Source: Mobula hypostoma
Lineage: Eukaryota
Length of the DNA: 64,000 nt
Assembly (NCBI RefSeq): GCF_963921235.1
Contig: NC_086098.1
Location: forward strand, 4,340,001 to 4,404,000
Direction of reading: 5' to 3'
In this document: piece by piece, positions 1-12,580 of the stretch
Layout of the letters: each line of letters starts with the position of its first letter
Numbering within the stretch: position 1 is the stretch's first letter
The notes under the pieces: generated by a model
Databases searched by the model: none
Seen by the model: the letters and a program-made list of their open reading frames with translations, nothing else
Told to the model about the DNA's origin: nothing
Program-made: the position numbers and the translations under genes

Positions 1-635
1 GTTGATGAAGTTTGCTGTGATGTTAGTCTCAAGTTTCATTACTCTGTAGTATACACCCATTATGAGTGTGTTTGCATCTAATGACCATTTCAAGTGTGTC
101 TTTTCTCTCTTAGCTGCTTGAGTGCTCTCAGTTGTAAGTGGACTGCTTCGCTGAGAAACGCCTGCAGTAGTCACAGCCTGTGGCATTGAAGGCTACTTTG
201 AATGATGGCTGCATCTTTTTCGGGATTTCTGGTGTCTGCTGGCCTATTCAGCAGTGAACCACTGGCAATTCACTGACTATCACACCCAGCTCTGGCTCCT
301 GGCGACCCCCAGGCAGTGGCCGTATCACCCTGTTCTGTAGACATTCCTCCATTTCTAAAGCGAAAGGGTATTGCTTTTTATACCTACACCCAGGTTTTGC
401 CTTCAGCTACCCTGAACATGGAGAACAGACACTGACCAGGGCAGCACCCAGTCTGGGTGCAGATGTGCCAGGATGTGTTTCTATCTTGGTCTGCAGGTGG
501 TACCTGCCCTGCAGATCTGCAGAGATTTCCCCGATTTGCCACCCGGGGACACACTCGATGGGCGACAGAAAAACCCTCAGGATGATTGTTTTATTTGTAC
601 ATGCACGGTCCTTTTATTGCATATTGGTTGTTTGT

Positions 636-780
636 GCAACACACATCAAAGTTGCTGGTGAACGCAGCAGGCCAGGCAGCATCTCTAGGAAGAGGTACAG
701 TCGATGTTTCTGGCCGAGACCCTTCGTCAGGACTGTGTTGCTTGAATTTCCAGCATCTGCAGAATGTTCGGTTGTTTGTG
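636..780 (-). mobile_element. Penelope-like pseudo-LTR fragment with minimal hammerhead motif (minus, 636-735), followed by an oppositely oriented tail piece (736-780)
   Basis: Minus strand 735-698 reads cagtc-CTGACGA-agggtctcggcca-GAAAC-atc-gactg. Related sequence recurs near 17270, 28780, 29926, 33140, 36790, 47580 and 51270. Confidence 0.7.
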
Positions 781-1283
781 TGTAGCTTTTCATTGATTCT
801 ATCGTACTTCTTTGTATTTACTGTGAACTCGCACAAGAAAATGAAACTCAGGGTAGTGTATGGTGACATATACACTGTGTACTTAGACAATACAGTAACT
901 TTACATTAGAACGTTTTTTGAAGATGCTGGATTAGAAGGAAAACCTTGATTGCTTGTCTCACAACTAAATCCTTGGACTGAACCCAGGCGATGTGGAGGA
1001 AAGTTATTTTGTACACAGATGCATTAAAACTATTTTCTATGAGTTTAAAACAAATCATCGATCAGAGGATTGGAAATAAAACGCAAAACAAATACATAGA
1101 CTAAATTTTCAATATCATCCCAGCTGGGCAATGCATTTTGTTGACAACATTTCAATCTTGTGATCTGGCAGGTCCTGGAATGTAAAAACTGAATTGAGCA
1201 GTAGTATAGCGGATTGTGCAACACGATTACAGATTGGGCTGTTCCGGAGTTCAGTGTTCAATTCCGATGCTGTTGACAAGGAA

Positions 1284-4200
1284 CAGATTACTCAAAGGTA
1301 GTAATCTCGGGATTACTGCCTGTGCCATATGACAGTGAGTATAGGAATAGAGTGAGGTAGAGGAGAAATGCGTGGCTGAGGGATTGGAGCAGGGGGCAGG
1401 GATTCAGATTTCATGATCATTGGGGCCTCTTTTGGGATGGGCGTGACCTGTACAAAATGGACGGGTTGCACTTGAATCCCAGGGGAACCAATATCCGAGC
1501 AGAGAGGTCAGCTAAGGCTGTTGCGGAGAGTTTAAACTAGAATTGCTGGAGGGTGGGAAACGAACTGAAAACATGGAGGAAGGGGCGGTTGGCTCACAAA
1601 TAGAGAAAGCTTAGAGACAGTGCGAGAGGGAGGATAGGCAGAAGGGATACAGAAGGGATATGCTGAGACCGATGGTTTGAGATGTGTCTATTTTAGTGCA
1701 GGAAGCATCATGAACACAGCTTGCAGCGTGGATCAGTACTTGAAGCTACGATGTTGTGGTCATTACAGAGACTTGGATGGCTCAGGGACAGGAATAGTTA
1801 GTGTGACAGGATTTAGATGTTTCAGAAAGGACAGGGAGGGAGGCAAAAGAGGTGGGGTGTGGCACTGTTGATCAGAGATAGTGTCACAGCTGCAGAAAAG
1901 GAGGAAGTCATGGAGGAATTGTCTACGGAGTCTCTGTGGGAGGAAGTTAGAAACAGGAAAGGGTCAATAACTCTACTGGGTGTTTTTTTTTATATAGACC
2001 ACCCAATAGTAACAGGGAGCAGGTAGGGAGACAGATTCTGGAAAGGTGTAATAATAACAGGGTTGTCCAGGTGGGAGATTATAATTTCCCAAATATTGAT
2101 TGGCATCTCCCTACACTGAGGGGTTTAGATGGGGTGGAGTTTGTTAGGTGTTTTCAGGAAGGTTTCCTGACACAATATGTGGACAAGCCTCCAAGAGGAG
2201 AGGCTGTACTTGATCTGGTATTGGGAAATGAACCTGGTCAGGTGTCAGGTCTCTCAGTGGGAGTGCATTTTGGAGATAGTGATCACAATTCTATCTCCTT
2301 TACCATAGCATTGGAGAGGGATAGGAACAGAAAGGTTAGAAAAGCGTTTAATTGGAGTAAGGGGAAATATGAAGCTATCAGGCAGGAACTTGGAAGCATA
2401 AATTGGGAACAGATGTTCCCAAGGAAATGTACAGCAGAAATGTGGCAAATGTTCAGGGGACATTTGCGTGGCGTTCTGCATAGGTACGTTCTAATGAGAC
2501 AGGGAAAGGATGTTAGGGCACAGGAACCATGGTGTACAAAGGCTGTTGAAAATCTAGTCAAGAAGAAAAGAAAAGCTTATGAAAGATTCAAAAAACTAGG
2601 TAATGATAGAGATCTAGAAGATTATAAGGCTAGCAGGAAGGAGCTTAAGAATAAAATTAGGAAAGCAAGAAGGGGCCATGTGAAGGCCTTGGTGAGCACA
2701 ATTAAATAAACCTCCAAGGCATTTTTCAAGTATGTGAAGAGCAAGAGGATGAAACGTGAGAGAATAGGACCAATTATGTATGACAGTGGAAAAATGTGTA
2801 TGGAACGGGAGGAGATAGCAATTTGCTGATGACGCAAAGGTTGGGGGTGTTGTGGATAGTGTGGAGGGCTGTCAGAGGTTACAGCAGGACATTGATAGGA
2901 TGCAAAACTGGGCTGAGAAGTGGCAGATGGAGTTCAACCCAAATAAGTGTGAGGTGGTTCATTTTGGTAGGTCAAATATGATGGCAGAATATAGTATTAA
3001 TGGCAAGACTCTTGGCAGTGTGGAGGATCAGAGGGATCTTGGGGTCCGAGTCCATAGGACACTCAAAGCTACTGCACAGGTTGACTCCATGGTTAAGAAG
3101 GCATACGATGATTGGCCTTCATCAACTGTGGGACTGAGTTTAAGAGCCAAGAGGTAATGTTGCAGCTATATAAGTCCCTGGGACCTGATGGTCTGCATCC
3201 CAGGGTACTTAAGGAGGTGGCTTTAGAAATCGTGGACGCATTGGTAATCATTTTCCAATGTTCTATAGATTCAGGATCAGTTCCTGTGGATTGGAGGGTG
3301 GCTAATGTTGTCCCTTTCTTCAAGAAGGGAGGAAGAGAGAAAACAGGGAATTATAGACCAGTTAGCCTGACGTCGGTGGTGGGAAAGATGCTGGAGTCAA
3401 TTATAAAAGATGAAATTACGACACATCTGGATAGCAGTAACAGGATCAATCTGAGTCAGCATGAATTTACGAAGGGGAAATTGTGCTTGACTAATCTTCT
3501 GGAATTTTTTGAGGATGTAACTATGAAAATGGACAAGGGAGAGCCAGTGGATGTAGTGTACCTGGACTTTCAGAAAGCCTTTGATAAAGTCCCACATGGG
3601 AGATTAGTGGGCAAAATTAGGGCACATGGTATTGGGGGCAGAGTACTGATATGGATTGAAAATTGGCTGGCTGACAGAAAACAAAGAGCAGCGATTAACG
3701 GGTCCCTTTCGGAATGGCAGGCGGTGACCAGTGGGGTACCACAGGGTTCAGTGCTGGGACCACAGCTGTTTACAATATATATTAATGATTTAGATGAGGG
3801 AATTAAAAGTAACATTAGCAAATTTGCTGATGACACAAAGCTGGGCGGCAGTGTGAAATGTGAAGAGGATGTTATGAGAATGCAGGGTGACTTGGACAGG
3901 CTGGGTGAGTGGGCAGATGCATGGCAGATGCAGTTTAATGTGGATAAATGTGAGGTTATCCACTTTGGTGGTAAGACAGGAAGGCAGATTATTATCTAAA
4001 TGGAATCAAGTTAGGAAAATGGGAAGCACAACGAGATCTAGGTGTTCTTGTACATCAGTCACTGAAAGCAAGCATGCAAGTACAGCAGGCAGTGAAGAAA
4101 GCTAATGGCATGCTGGCCTTCATAACAAGGGGAATTGAGTATAAGAGCAAAGAGGTCCTTCTGCAGCTGTACAGGGCCCTAGTGAGACCACACCTGGAGT

Positions 4201-5308
4201 ACTGTGTGCAGTTTTGGTCTCCAAATTTGAGGAAGGACATTCTTGCTATTGAGGGAGTGCAGCGTAGGTTCACAAGGTTAATTCCCGGGATGGCGGGACT
4301 GTCATATGTCGAAAGATTGGAGCGACTGGGCTTGTATACTCTGGAATTTAGAAGGATGAGAGAGGATCTTATTGAAACATATAAGATTATTAAGGGATTG
4401 GACACGCTGGAGGCAGGAAGCATGTTCCCGCTGATGGGCGAGTCCAGAACCAGAGGCCACAGTTTAAGAATAAGGGGTAGGCCATTTAGAACGGAGTTGA
4501 GGAAAAACTTTTTTACCCAGAGGGTGGTGGATATATGGAATGTTCTGCCCCAGAAGGCTGTGGAGGCCAAGTCTCTGGATGCTTTCAAGAAAGAGATGGA
4601 TAGAGCTCTTAAAGATAGCAGAATCAAAGGTTATGGGGATAAGGCAGGAACTGGATACTGATAGTGGATGATCAGCCATGATCACAGTGAATGGCAGTGC
4701 TGGCTTGAAGGGCTGAGTGGTCTACTCCTGCACCTATTGTCTATTGTCTATATAGGACCCTGGTCAGACCCCACTTGGAGTACTGTGCTTAGTTCTGGTC
4801 GCCTCACCACAGGAAGAATGTGGAAACTATAGAAAGGGTGCAGAGGAGATTTACAAGGATGTTGCCTGGATTGGGGAGCATGCCTTATGAGAATAGGTTG
4901 AGTGAACTTGGCCTTTTCTCCTTGGAGCGACGCAGGATGAGAGGTGACTTGATAGAGGTGTATAAGATGATGAGAGGCATTGATCGTGTGGATAGTCAGA
5001 GGCTTTTTCCCAGGGCTAAAATGGCTAGAACAAGAGGGCACAGTTTTAAGGTGCTTGGAAGTAGGTACAGAGGAGATGTCAGGGGTAAGTTTTTTATGCA
5101 GAGAGTGGTGAGTGCATGGAATGGGCTGCCAGTGACAGTGGTGGAGGCGGATAAGATCAGGTCTTTTAAGAGGCTCCTGGATAGGTACGTGGAGATGAGA
5201 AAAAGGGCTATGGGTAACCCTAGGTAATTTCTAAAGTAAGTACATGTTTGGGACAGCATTGTGGGCTGAAGGGCCTGTATTGTGCTGTAGGTTTTCTATG
5301 TTTCTATA
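1284..5308 (+). mobile_element. Decayed CR1 LINE (end of ORF1 esterase, ORF2 endonuclease and RT, 3' UTR), with an internal RT deletion near 2820 and a second CR1 inserted at 3173-4747
   Basis: ORF 2071-2709 has GDYNFPNIDW, LDLVL and GDSDH (APE endonuclease). ORFs 2852-3157 and 4820-5227 match the CR1 RT C-terminus. The tail is ttctatgtttctat. Confidence 0.9.
3173..4747 (+). mobile_element. 5'-truncated, relatively young CR1 LINE nested in another CR1
   Basis: RT motifs PGPDGLHPRVLKE, YLDFQKAFDKV, GVPQGSVLGP and FADD. Tail (ctattgt)n. ctatata is duplicated at 3166-3172 and 4748-4754. Nearly identical to 41507-43066. Confidence 0.93.
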
Positions 5309-5979
5309 AACATGTATGTCTACCCTGTGAACACGTCAGTTTCTACTCACTGTCCAAAGGCATACCAATCAGTAGGTTAATTGGTCATTGTAAATTGCCC
5401 TGTGATCTGGTGATTTGGCTAGGGTTAATCCAGAGAGTGGTGAGTATGTGGAATTTATTGCCACAAGCGGCTGTGGAAGTCATTGGGTATATTGGGTAGA
5501 GGTTAATAGATTCTCGATTGGTCTGGGCATGAAGGGATACAGGGAGAAGGCAGGAAATTGGGGCTGAGAGGGAATTGGATGAAATAGCAGAGCAGACTCG
5601 ATGGGTCAAATGGCCTGATTCTGCTCCTATGTCTTATGGTCTTAACTAGGCGGAATGGCCCATTCCATCCACACTGTACCTCTAAATAAAAAAAATAAAA
5701 TTGGCCACTCGAGGTTACATTGTGTGCACACAATAGGCAAATGCACAGTACCTGAGACACATTTCAGATGGCATATTCCAATCCAGACCCAGAAGCAAAT
5801 GGCGCAGAAGAGGTTGGGGCGTGCAAGAGGGATCCAAGCTGAAAATGCAACAATAGGATGGAAGTGCATGAGTAGGCTCGTCTCAAGTTAATTTTGCAAG
5901 TGTGGATTGAAACAACACTGAATCAGGATCGTTACACACAGCAAGTAAAATCATGCATACCACTAAGAAAATGGAACTT

Positions 5980-8393
5980 CTAGTATTACAGCTTTGTGGC
6001 CAAGTTTGTGGACCATATGATCATAGGTGTAGGGGCAGATATTTCTGAGGAAGCAGGGAGTCTGCAGAAGGACATAAATAGATTAGGAGAATGAGCAAAG
6101 AAGTGGCAGATGGAATAGAGTGTGGGGAAGTATTTGGTCATGCACTTTGATAGAAGGAATAAATAATAGGATTCACAAAAGTTAACTTGCAGTTTAACCA
6201 TATAACCATATAACAATTACAGCACAAAAACAGGCCATCTCGGCCCTTCTAGTCCATGCTGAACTCTTACTCTCACTTAGTCCCACCAACCTGCACTCAG
6301 CCCATAACCCTCCATTCCTTTCTTGTCTGTATAGCTGTCCAGTTTAACTTTAAATGACAACATCGAACCTGCCTCAACCACTTCTGCTGGAAGCTCGTTC
6401 CACACAGCTACCACTCTCTGAGTAAAGAAGTTCCCCCTCGTGTTTCCCCTAAACTTTTGTCCTTTAACTCTCAACTCATGTCCTCTGGTTTGAATCCCCC
6501 CACTCTCAATGGAAAAAGCCAATCCACGTCAACTCTATCAATCCCCCTCATAATTTTAAACACCTCTATCAAGTCCCCCCTCAACCTTCTACGCTCCAAA
6601 GAATAAAGACCTAACTTTTTGAACCTTTCTCTGTAACTTAGGAGAAGAAACCCAGGCAACATTTTAGTAAACCTCCTCTGTACTCTCTCAATTTTATTGA
6701 CATCTTTCCTATAATTCGGTGACCACAACTGTACACAATACTCCAAATTTGGCCTTACCAATGCCCTATACAATTTCAACATTACATCCCAACTCCTATA
6801 CTCAATGCTCTGATTAATAAAGGCCAGCATACCAAAAGCTTTCTTCACCACCCGATCCACATGAGATTCCACCTTCAGGGAACTATGCACCATTATTCCT
6901 AGATCCCTCTGTTCTACTGCATTCTTCAATGCCCTACCATTTACCATGTATGTCCTATTTTGATTAGTCCTACCAAAATGTAGCACCTCACATTTATCAG
7001 CTTTAAACACCATCTGCCATCTTTCAGCCCACTCTTCTAACTGTCCTAAATCTCTCTGCAAGCTTTGAAAACCTACCTCATCATCCATAACGCCACCTAT
7101 CTTAGTATCATCTGCATACTTACTAATCCAATTTACCACCCCATCATCCAGATCATTAATATATACGACAAACAACATTGAACCCAGTACAGATCCCTGA
7201 GGCACACCGCTACACACAATTCTCCAATCTGACACATAGCTATCCACCACTACTCTCTGGCGTCTCCCATCCAGCCACTGCTGAATCCATTTTACTACTT
7301 CGATATTAACACCTAACGATTGGACCTTCCTAACTAACCTTCCGTGTGGAACCCTGTCAAAGGCCTTACTGAAGTCCATATAGACAACATCCACCGCTTT
7401 ACCCTCGTCAACTTTCTTAGTAACCTCATCAAAAAATTCAATAAGATTTGTCAAACATGACCTTCCATGCACAAATCCATGTTGACTGTTCCTAATCAGA
7501 CCGTCTATCCAGATAATTATATATACCATCTCTAAGAATACTTTCCATCAATTTACCCACCACTGACATCAAACTCACAGGCCGATAATTGCCACGTTTA
7601 CTCTTAGAACCCTTTTTAAACAATGGAACCACATGAGCAATACGCCAATCCTCCGGCACCATCCCTGTTTCTAATGACATTTAAAGTATTTTTGTCAGAG
7701 CCCCTGTTACTTCTACACTTACTTCCCTCAAGGTCCTAGGGAAGTGGTGAGGAAGCCAAATACAATATTAGCATTCATTTTGATATGACTAGAGTATAAA
7801 AGCAAGGGTGTCATACTGAGGCTTTATAAGGCATTCGTCAGACCACACTTGGAGTATTGTGACCAGTTTTGTACCCCTTATCTAAGAAAGGATGTGTTGG
7901 CACTGGAGAGGGTCTATAGGATGTTCATGAAAATTATCCCAGTAATGAATGGGTTAATGTACGAGGAGCATTTGATGGCTCTGAGCCTGGACTCAGTGGA
8001 GTTTAGAGGAATGAGGGGTGATCTCATTGAAACATAACAAATTTTGGAAGGCCTCGATAGAGTAAATGTGGAGAGCATGTTTTCTATGGTGGGGGAGTCC
8101 AGGGCAGGAGAGTGCAACTTCAGTATAGGAGGACAACCCTTTAGGGCAGAGATAAGGAGAAATTTCTTTATCTAGAGGGTGGTGAGTCTGTGGAACTCAT
8201 TGCCAGAGATGGCTGTGGAGGCTGTCATTGAGTATATTTAAAGTATAGGTTCTTCATTAGTCAAGGTGTTAAGGTTATGGGGAGGAGGAAGCAGAATGGG
8301 GTTGAGAGGGATAATAAATCAGCCATGATGGAATGACAAAGCAGACTCAGTGGGCTGAATGGCCTAATTCTGCTCTATGTCTTATGGTCTTAT
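5980..8393 (+). mobile_element. Old CR1 RT/3' UTR fragment split by an antisense CR1 (host parts ~5980-6195 and 7744-8393)
   Basis: The host RT stops at aagttaacttgcag and resumes at gtggtgaggaagccaaat. ORF 7849-8037 is the CR1 RT C-terminus. The tail is tcttatggtcttatg. Confidence 0.8.
6196..7743 (-). mobile_element. 5'-truncated CR1 LINE with a largely intact RT region
   Basis: ORF 6471-7529 (352 aa) has QHGF, YMDFSKAFD, GVPQGSVLG and YADD. Tail (atatggtt)n. Same family as 50318-51063. Confidence 0.93.
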
Positions 8394-8599
8394 GAATCAG
8401 GAGCCCTACGTGAAATAATACATTGACTAAGAGTATGCAACTTCTGCTGTGATGTTATAACGAGAACTGTTTTATCTTTTAAATAGTGAAATTTGGAGCA
8501 AAGGAGGATGAGAGGTGACTTGATAGAAGTGTAAAAGATGGTAGGAGACTTGCATCAAGTGGACAGACAGAGAATTTTTTTCCAAGGGCAGAAGTGCCT

Positions 8600-9955
8600 G
8601 TCACCATGGAGAATACCACTATTGTTGACAGAATTTGAAACGGTGATGAGGGGAAAACAGGAGTGAGATAGATCAGCTAATTGAGTGGTACCACAGCAAC
8701 AACCTTGCACTCAATGTCAGTAAGACCAAGGAACTGATTGTGGACTTCAGAAAGGGGAAGCCGATGGAACACACATCAGTCCTCATTGAGGGATCAGCAG
8801 TGAGCAGTTTCAAGTTCCTAGGTGTCAACATCTCTGAGGATCTAACCTGGTCCCAATATATTGATACAATTACAAAGAAAGCACAACAGTGGCTATATTT
8901 CATTAGGAGTTTGAGTGGAATTGGTATGTCATCAAAGACATAACATAGAACATAGAAATTTACAGCACATTACAGGCCCTTCAGCCCACAATGTAACCTA
9001 CTCCAGAGACTGCTTAGAATTTCCCTACCGCATAGCCCTCTATTTTTCTAATCTCCATGTATCTATCTAAGAGGGTCTTAAAAGAGCCTATTGTATCCAC
9101 TTCCACCACTGCTGTTGGCAGTGCATTCCACGCACCCACCACTCTCTGTGTGAAAAACTTATCCCTGACATTCCCTCAGTACCTATTTCCAAGCACCTTA
9201 AAACTATGACCCTCGTGTTAGCCATTTCAGCCCTGGAAAAAAGCCTCTGGCTAACTACACAATCAATATCCTTCATCATCTTATACACCTCTATCAGGTC
9301 ACCTCTCATCCTCCTTCACTCCAAGGAGAAAAGGTCAAGTTCACTCAACCTATTCTCATAAGCTATGCACTCCAATCCAAGTAACATTCTTGTAAATCTC
9401 CTCTGTACTCTCTATAGTATCTATATCCTTCCTGTAGTGAGGTGACCAGAACTGAACACAGTACTCCAAATGGGATCTCATAAATTTCTACCATGGAGAG
9501 CATTCTGACTGGCTGCATCACCAACTGGTATGGAGGGACCACCGCAGAGGATCAGAAAAAACGCAGAAAGTTGCAGGCTCAGCCTGCTCCATCACGGGCA
9601 TCAGCCCACCCAGCTTCCAGGACAGCTCAATGCCTCAAAAAGGCTGCATCCATCATTAAGGAGTGCTGCGACCCAGGACATGCCCTCTTCTCGTTGCTAC
9701 CATCAGGGAGGAGGTACAGAAGCCTGAAGACACAGTCACGTCTCAGGAACAGCTTCCTCCCCTCCATGTTCAGATTTCAGAAAGGACAATGAACCCGTGA
9801 TCATTTCTTCAGTAACCTTTGTTTCCCTCTCTTTTTGCACCAGCTATTTATTATTATTATTATTTTAATTCATGGTTCTCTAGATGTTGTACTGTTGCTG
9901 CAAAACAACAAATTTCACAACATATGCCTGTGATATTAAACCTGATTCTGATTAA
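8600..9955 (+). mobile_element. Rex1/Babar-like LINE 3' fragment split by an antisense CR1 3' end (8944-9475)
   Basis: ORFs 8740-8943 (FKFLGVNISEDLTW) and 9493-9792 (ESILTGCITNWYG, HALFSLLPSGRRYRS) flank a CR1 tail (catagaa)n. Confidence 0.8.
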
Positions 9956-11568
9956 TAATTTTAAGGTTTTTTGAGAAAAGTATGGGGAGGATGTCAAAGG
10001 TAGGATTTTTTTGCAGGAGAGTGATGGCTATGTAGAATGCTCTGCCAGAAGGGGAAGGTGAGGTGGAAGAGACAGATATATTAAGGGCATTTAAGAAACT
10101 CTTAGAGAGGTGCATGAATGATATACAAAAAACTTGAGGGTTATGAAAATGAGAAGGTTTTGTTGAATGTGCTGGGCTGATGGGCCTGTACAATGCTGTA
10201 ATGTTCTATGTTTTAAATGACTTAGCTGACAGAACAGTTACATTGCTTGTTGAATCAGCACATTCATTCTTGTTCAAAGTACATTTATCAGCAAAGTATG
10301 TGTACTATATTCAACCTTGAGCTATGTCTCCTTACAGGGAGTCACAAAACAAAGAAACCCAATAGAACCCACTAAAAAAAAATCAAACACCCAATGTGCA
10401 GAAAATAAAACAAATTATGCAAACAATAAAAGTAAACAAGTAACATTCGGAACTGAAGCGCACCGTTTAATTGGCAGGTACCACAACAGAGCAGAGGTTG
10501 TGATGATCCAGCAGCCCGACACAGTGTCTTGACAAGGGATATCGCTAGTGGCAATCATTCACAGTTTCTGATGACAATAGTTTGCCAATATCTCTCGCTC
10601 ATCCAAGCTTGAAGGCAGTCTTCAGGGCCTTTGTTCACAGTAAGTTGTTGAAAATTCAGTTTGAAAAGGCTGAAAATCAAATTGGAAAGTATATTACTCT
10701 CTTGCTGAAATGATCCATTACCCCTTTCAGGCCACAATGTCAACCCAGTGTAACTGCAGAATGAATACTGAACTAAGTACTGTACGCCCTTCCACTCTGC
10801 AGATGAGAACCTGAAAGGTTATTTATTTTCTCCCTTCACCTCCCACTCACCTAAGAGCAGAGCCGTAGAGCATTAATGCACAGAAAAAGGCCCTTTGGCC
10901 CATCTAGTCCATGCTGAACTATTATTCTGCCTCATCCATTCAACCCACACAACTCCCCCCACAGCCCTCCCATCCACGTCCTTATCTGAATTTTTCTTAA
11001 ATGTTGTATTTTTTTGTTAAATGTTTGACAAATATGATTGACCAAATCAGTTTACTAAAAATATAGCGTATGTAGTAACAGAACATAAAACAGTACAGCA
11101 CAGTACAGGCCCTTCAGCCACAATGTTGTGCTGACCCTTAAACCCTGCCTCCCATATAACCCCCCACCTTAAATTCTCCTTGGTTCTGCTGACACTGAGT
11201 GAGAGGTTGTTGTTATGGCACCACTCAGCCTGGTTTGCAGTTTCCCTCTTTAGATACAGCCAATGACAGTTGTGTTCAAAACGGTCAAAGGTTCATTTTA
11301 TTGTCAAAGTATGTATGCAGAACACAACTCAGAGATTTGTCTTCTCCAGATAGCCATAGACTACAGAAAACCATCTGAGTAGTTTAAAGAAAGATATCAA
11401 TCCTCCCCCTCACCCTCTAGTTGTAATCCCCCGGCACAGAAAGAAAAAGGAACAAAAACTCACAAACCCCAAGCACCCCCAACCCCTCCCTTGCACAAAA
11501 ACTAACAGATCACCCAAACACCCAGCCCATCAATCAGCAGCAAGAAAGAATGGGCGAGAACTCAGTGA

Positions 11569-12578
11569 CCCCTCCGAGGGCAGCGACTCGAACCAGCAGC
11601 CCCTCCGAGGGCAGCGACTCGAACCAGCGGCCCCTCCGAGGGCAGAGACTCAAACCAGCGGCCCCTCCGAGGGCAGCGACTCGAACCAGCGGCCCCTCCG
11701 AGGGCAGAGACTCGAACCAGCGGCCCCTCCGAGGGCAGCGACTCGAACCAGCGGCCCCTCCGAGGGCAGAGACTCAAACCAGCGGCCCCTCCGAGGGCAG
11801 AGACTCGAACCAGCGGCCCCTCCGAGGGCAGAGACTCGAACCAGCAGCCCCTCCGAGGGCAGAGACTCGAACCAGCAGCCCCTCCGAGGGCAGCGACTCG
11901 AACCAGCGGCCCCTCCGAGGGCAGAGACTCGAACCAGCGGCCCCTCCGAGGGCAGCGACTCGAACCAGCGGCCCCTCCGAGGGCAGAGACTCAAACCAGC
12001 GGCCCCTCCGAGGGCAGAGACTCGAACCAGCGGCCCCTCCGAGGGCAGAGACTCGAACCAGCGGCCCCTCCGAGGGCAGAGACTCGAACCAGCAGCCCCT
12101 CCGAGGGCAGCGACTCGAACCAGCGGCCCCTCCGAGGGCAGAGACTCGAACCAGCGGCCCCTCCGAGGGCAGCGACTCGAACCAGCGGCCCCTCCGAGGG
12201 CAGAGACTCAAACCAGCGGCCCCTCCGAGGGCAGAGACTCAAACCAGCGGCCCCTCCGAGGGCAGAGACTCGAACCAGCGGCCCCTCCGAGGGCAGCGAC
12301 TCGAACCAGCGGCCCCTCCGAGAGCAGAGACTCAAACCAGCGGCCCCTCCGAGGGCAGAGACTCGAACCAGCGGCCCCTCCGAGGGCAGCGACTCAAACC
12401 AGCGGCCCCTCCGAGGGCAGTGACTCGAACCAGCGGCCCCTCGAGGGCAGAGACTCGAACCAGCGGCCCCTCCGAGGGCAGAGACTCAAACCAGCGGCCC
12501 CTCCGAGGGCAGAGACTCAAACCAGCGGCCCCTCCGAGGGCAGCGACTCGAACCAGCAGCCCCTCCGAGGGCAGCGAC
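11569..12578. repeat. GC-rich 31-bp minisatellite, about 32 copies, consensus cccctccgagggcagagactcgaaccagcgg
   Basis: Direct tandem units. Variants gcagcga/gcagaga, tcgaa/tcaaa and agcgg/agcag. One unit has a 1-nt deletion near 12441. Confidence 0.97.
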
Positions 12579-12580
12579 CG

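Larger units (their letters stand above)
1197..5430 (+). mobile_element. tRNA-derived SINE (V-SINE/HE1-like) split by CR1: head 1197-1283, body ~5312-5430
   Basis: The head has A-box-like tagtatagcgg and B-box-like gttcaattcc. The body has ggttaattggtcattgtaaattg, as in the unsplit copy at 51387-51580. Confidence 0.55.

Noticed and set aside
3570..4627. Antisense ORFs over CR1 RT (also 41894-42950 and others)
   Set aside because: They are shadow ORFs of LINE coding sequence and recur in sibling copies.
10555..10810. Possible terminal coding exon on the minus strand
   Set aside because: The open frame has no recognisable homology, and only an acceptor-like site supports it.
11569..12578. CRISPR-like array or tRNA gene cluster
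   Set aside because: No spacers are present. Only a B-box-like motif is seen, with no A-box or cloverleaf.
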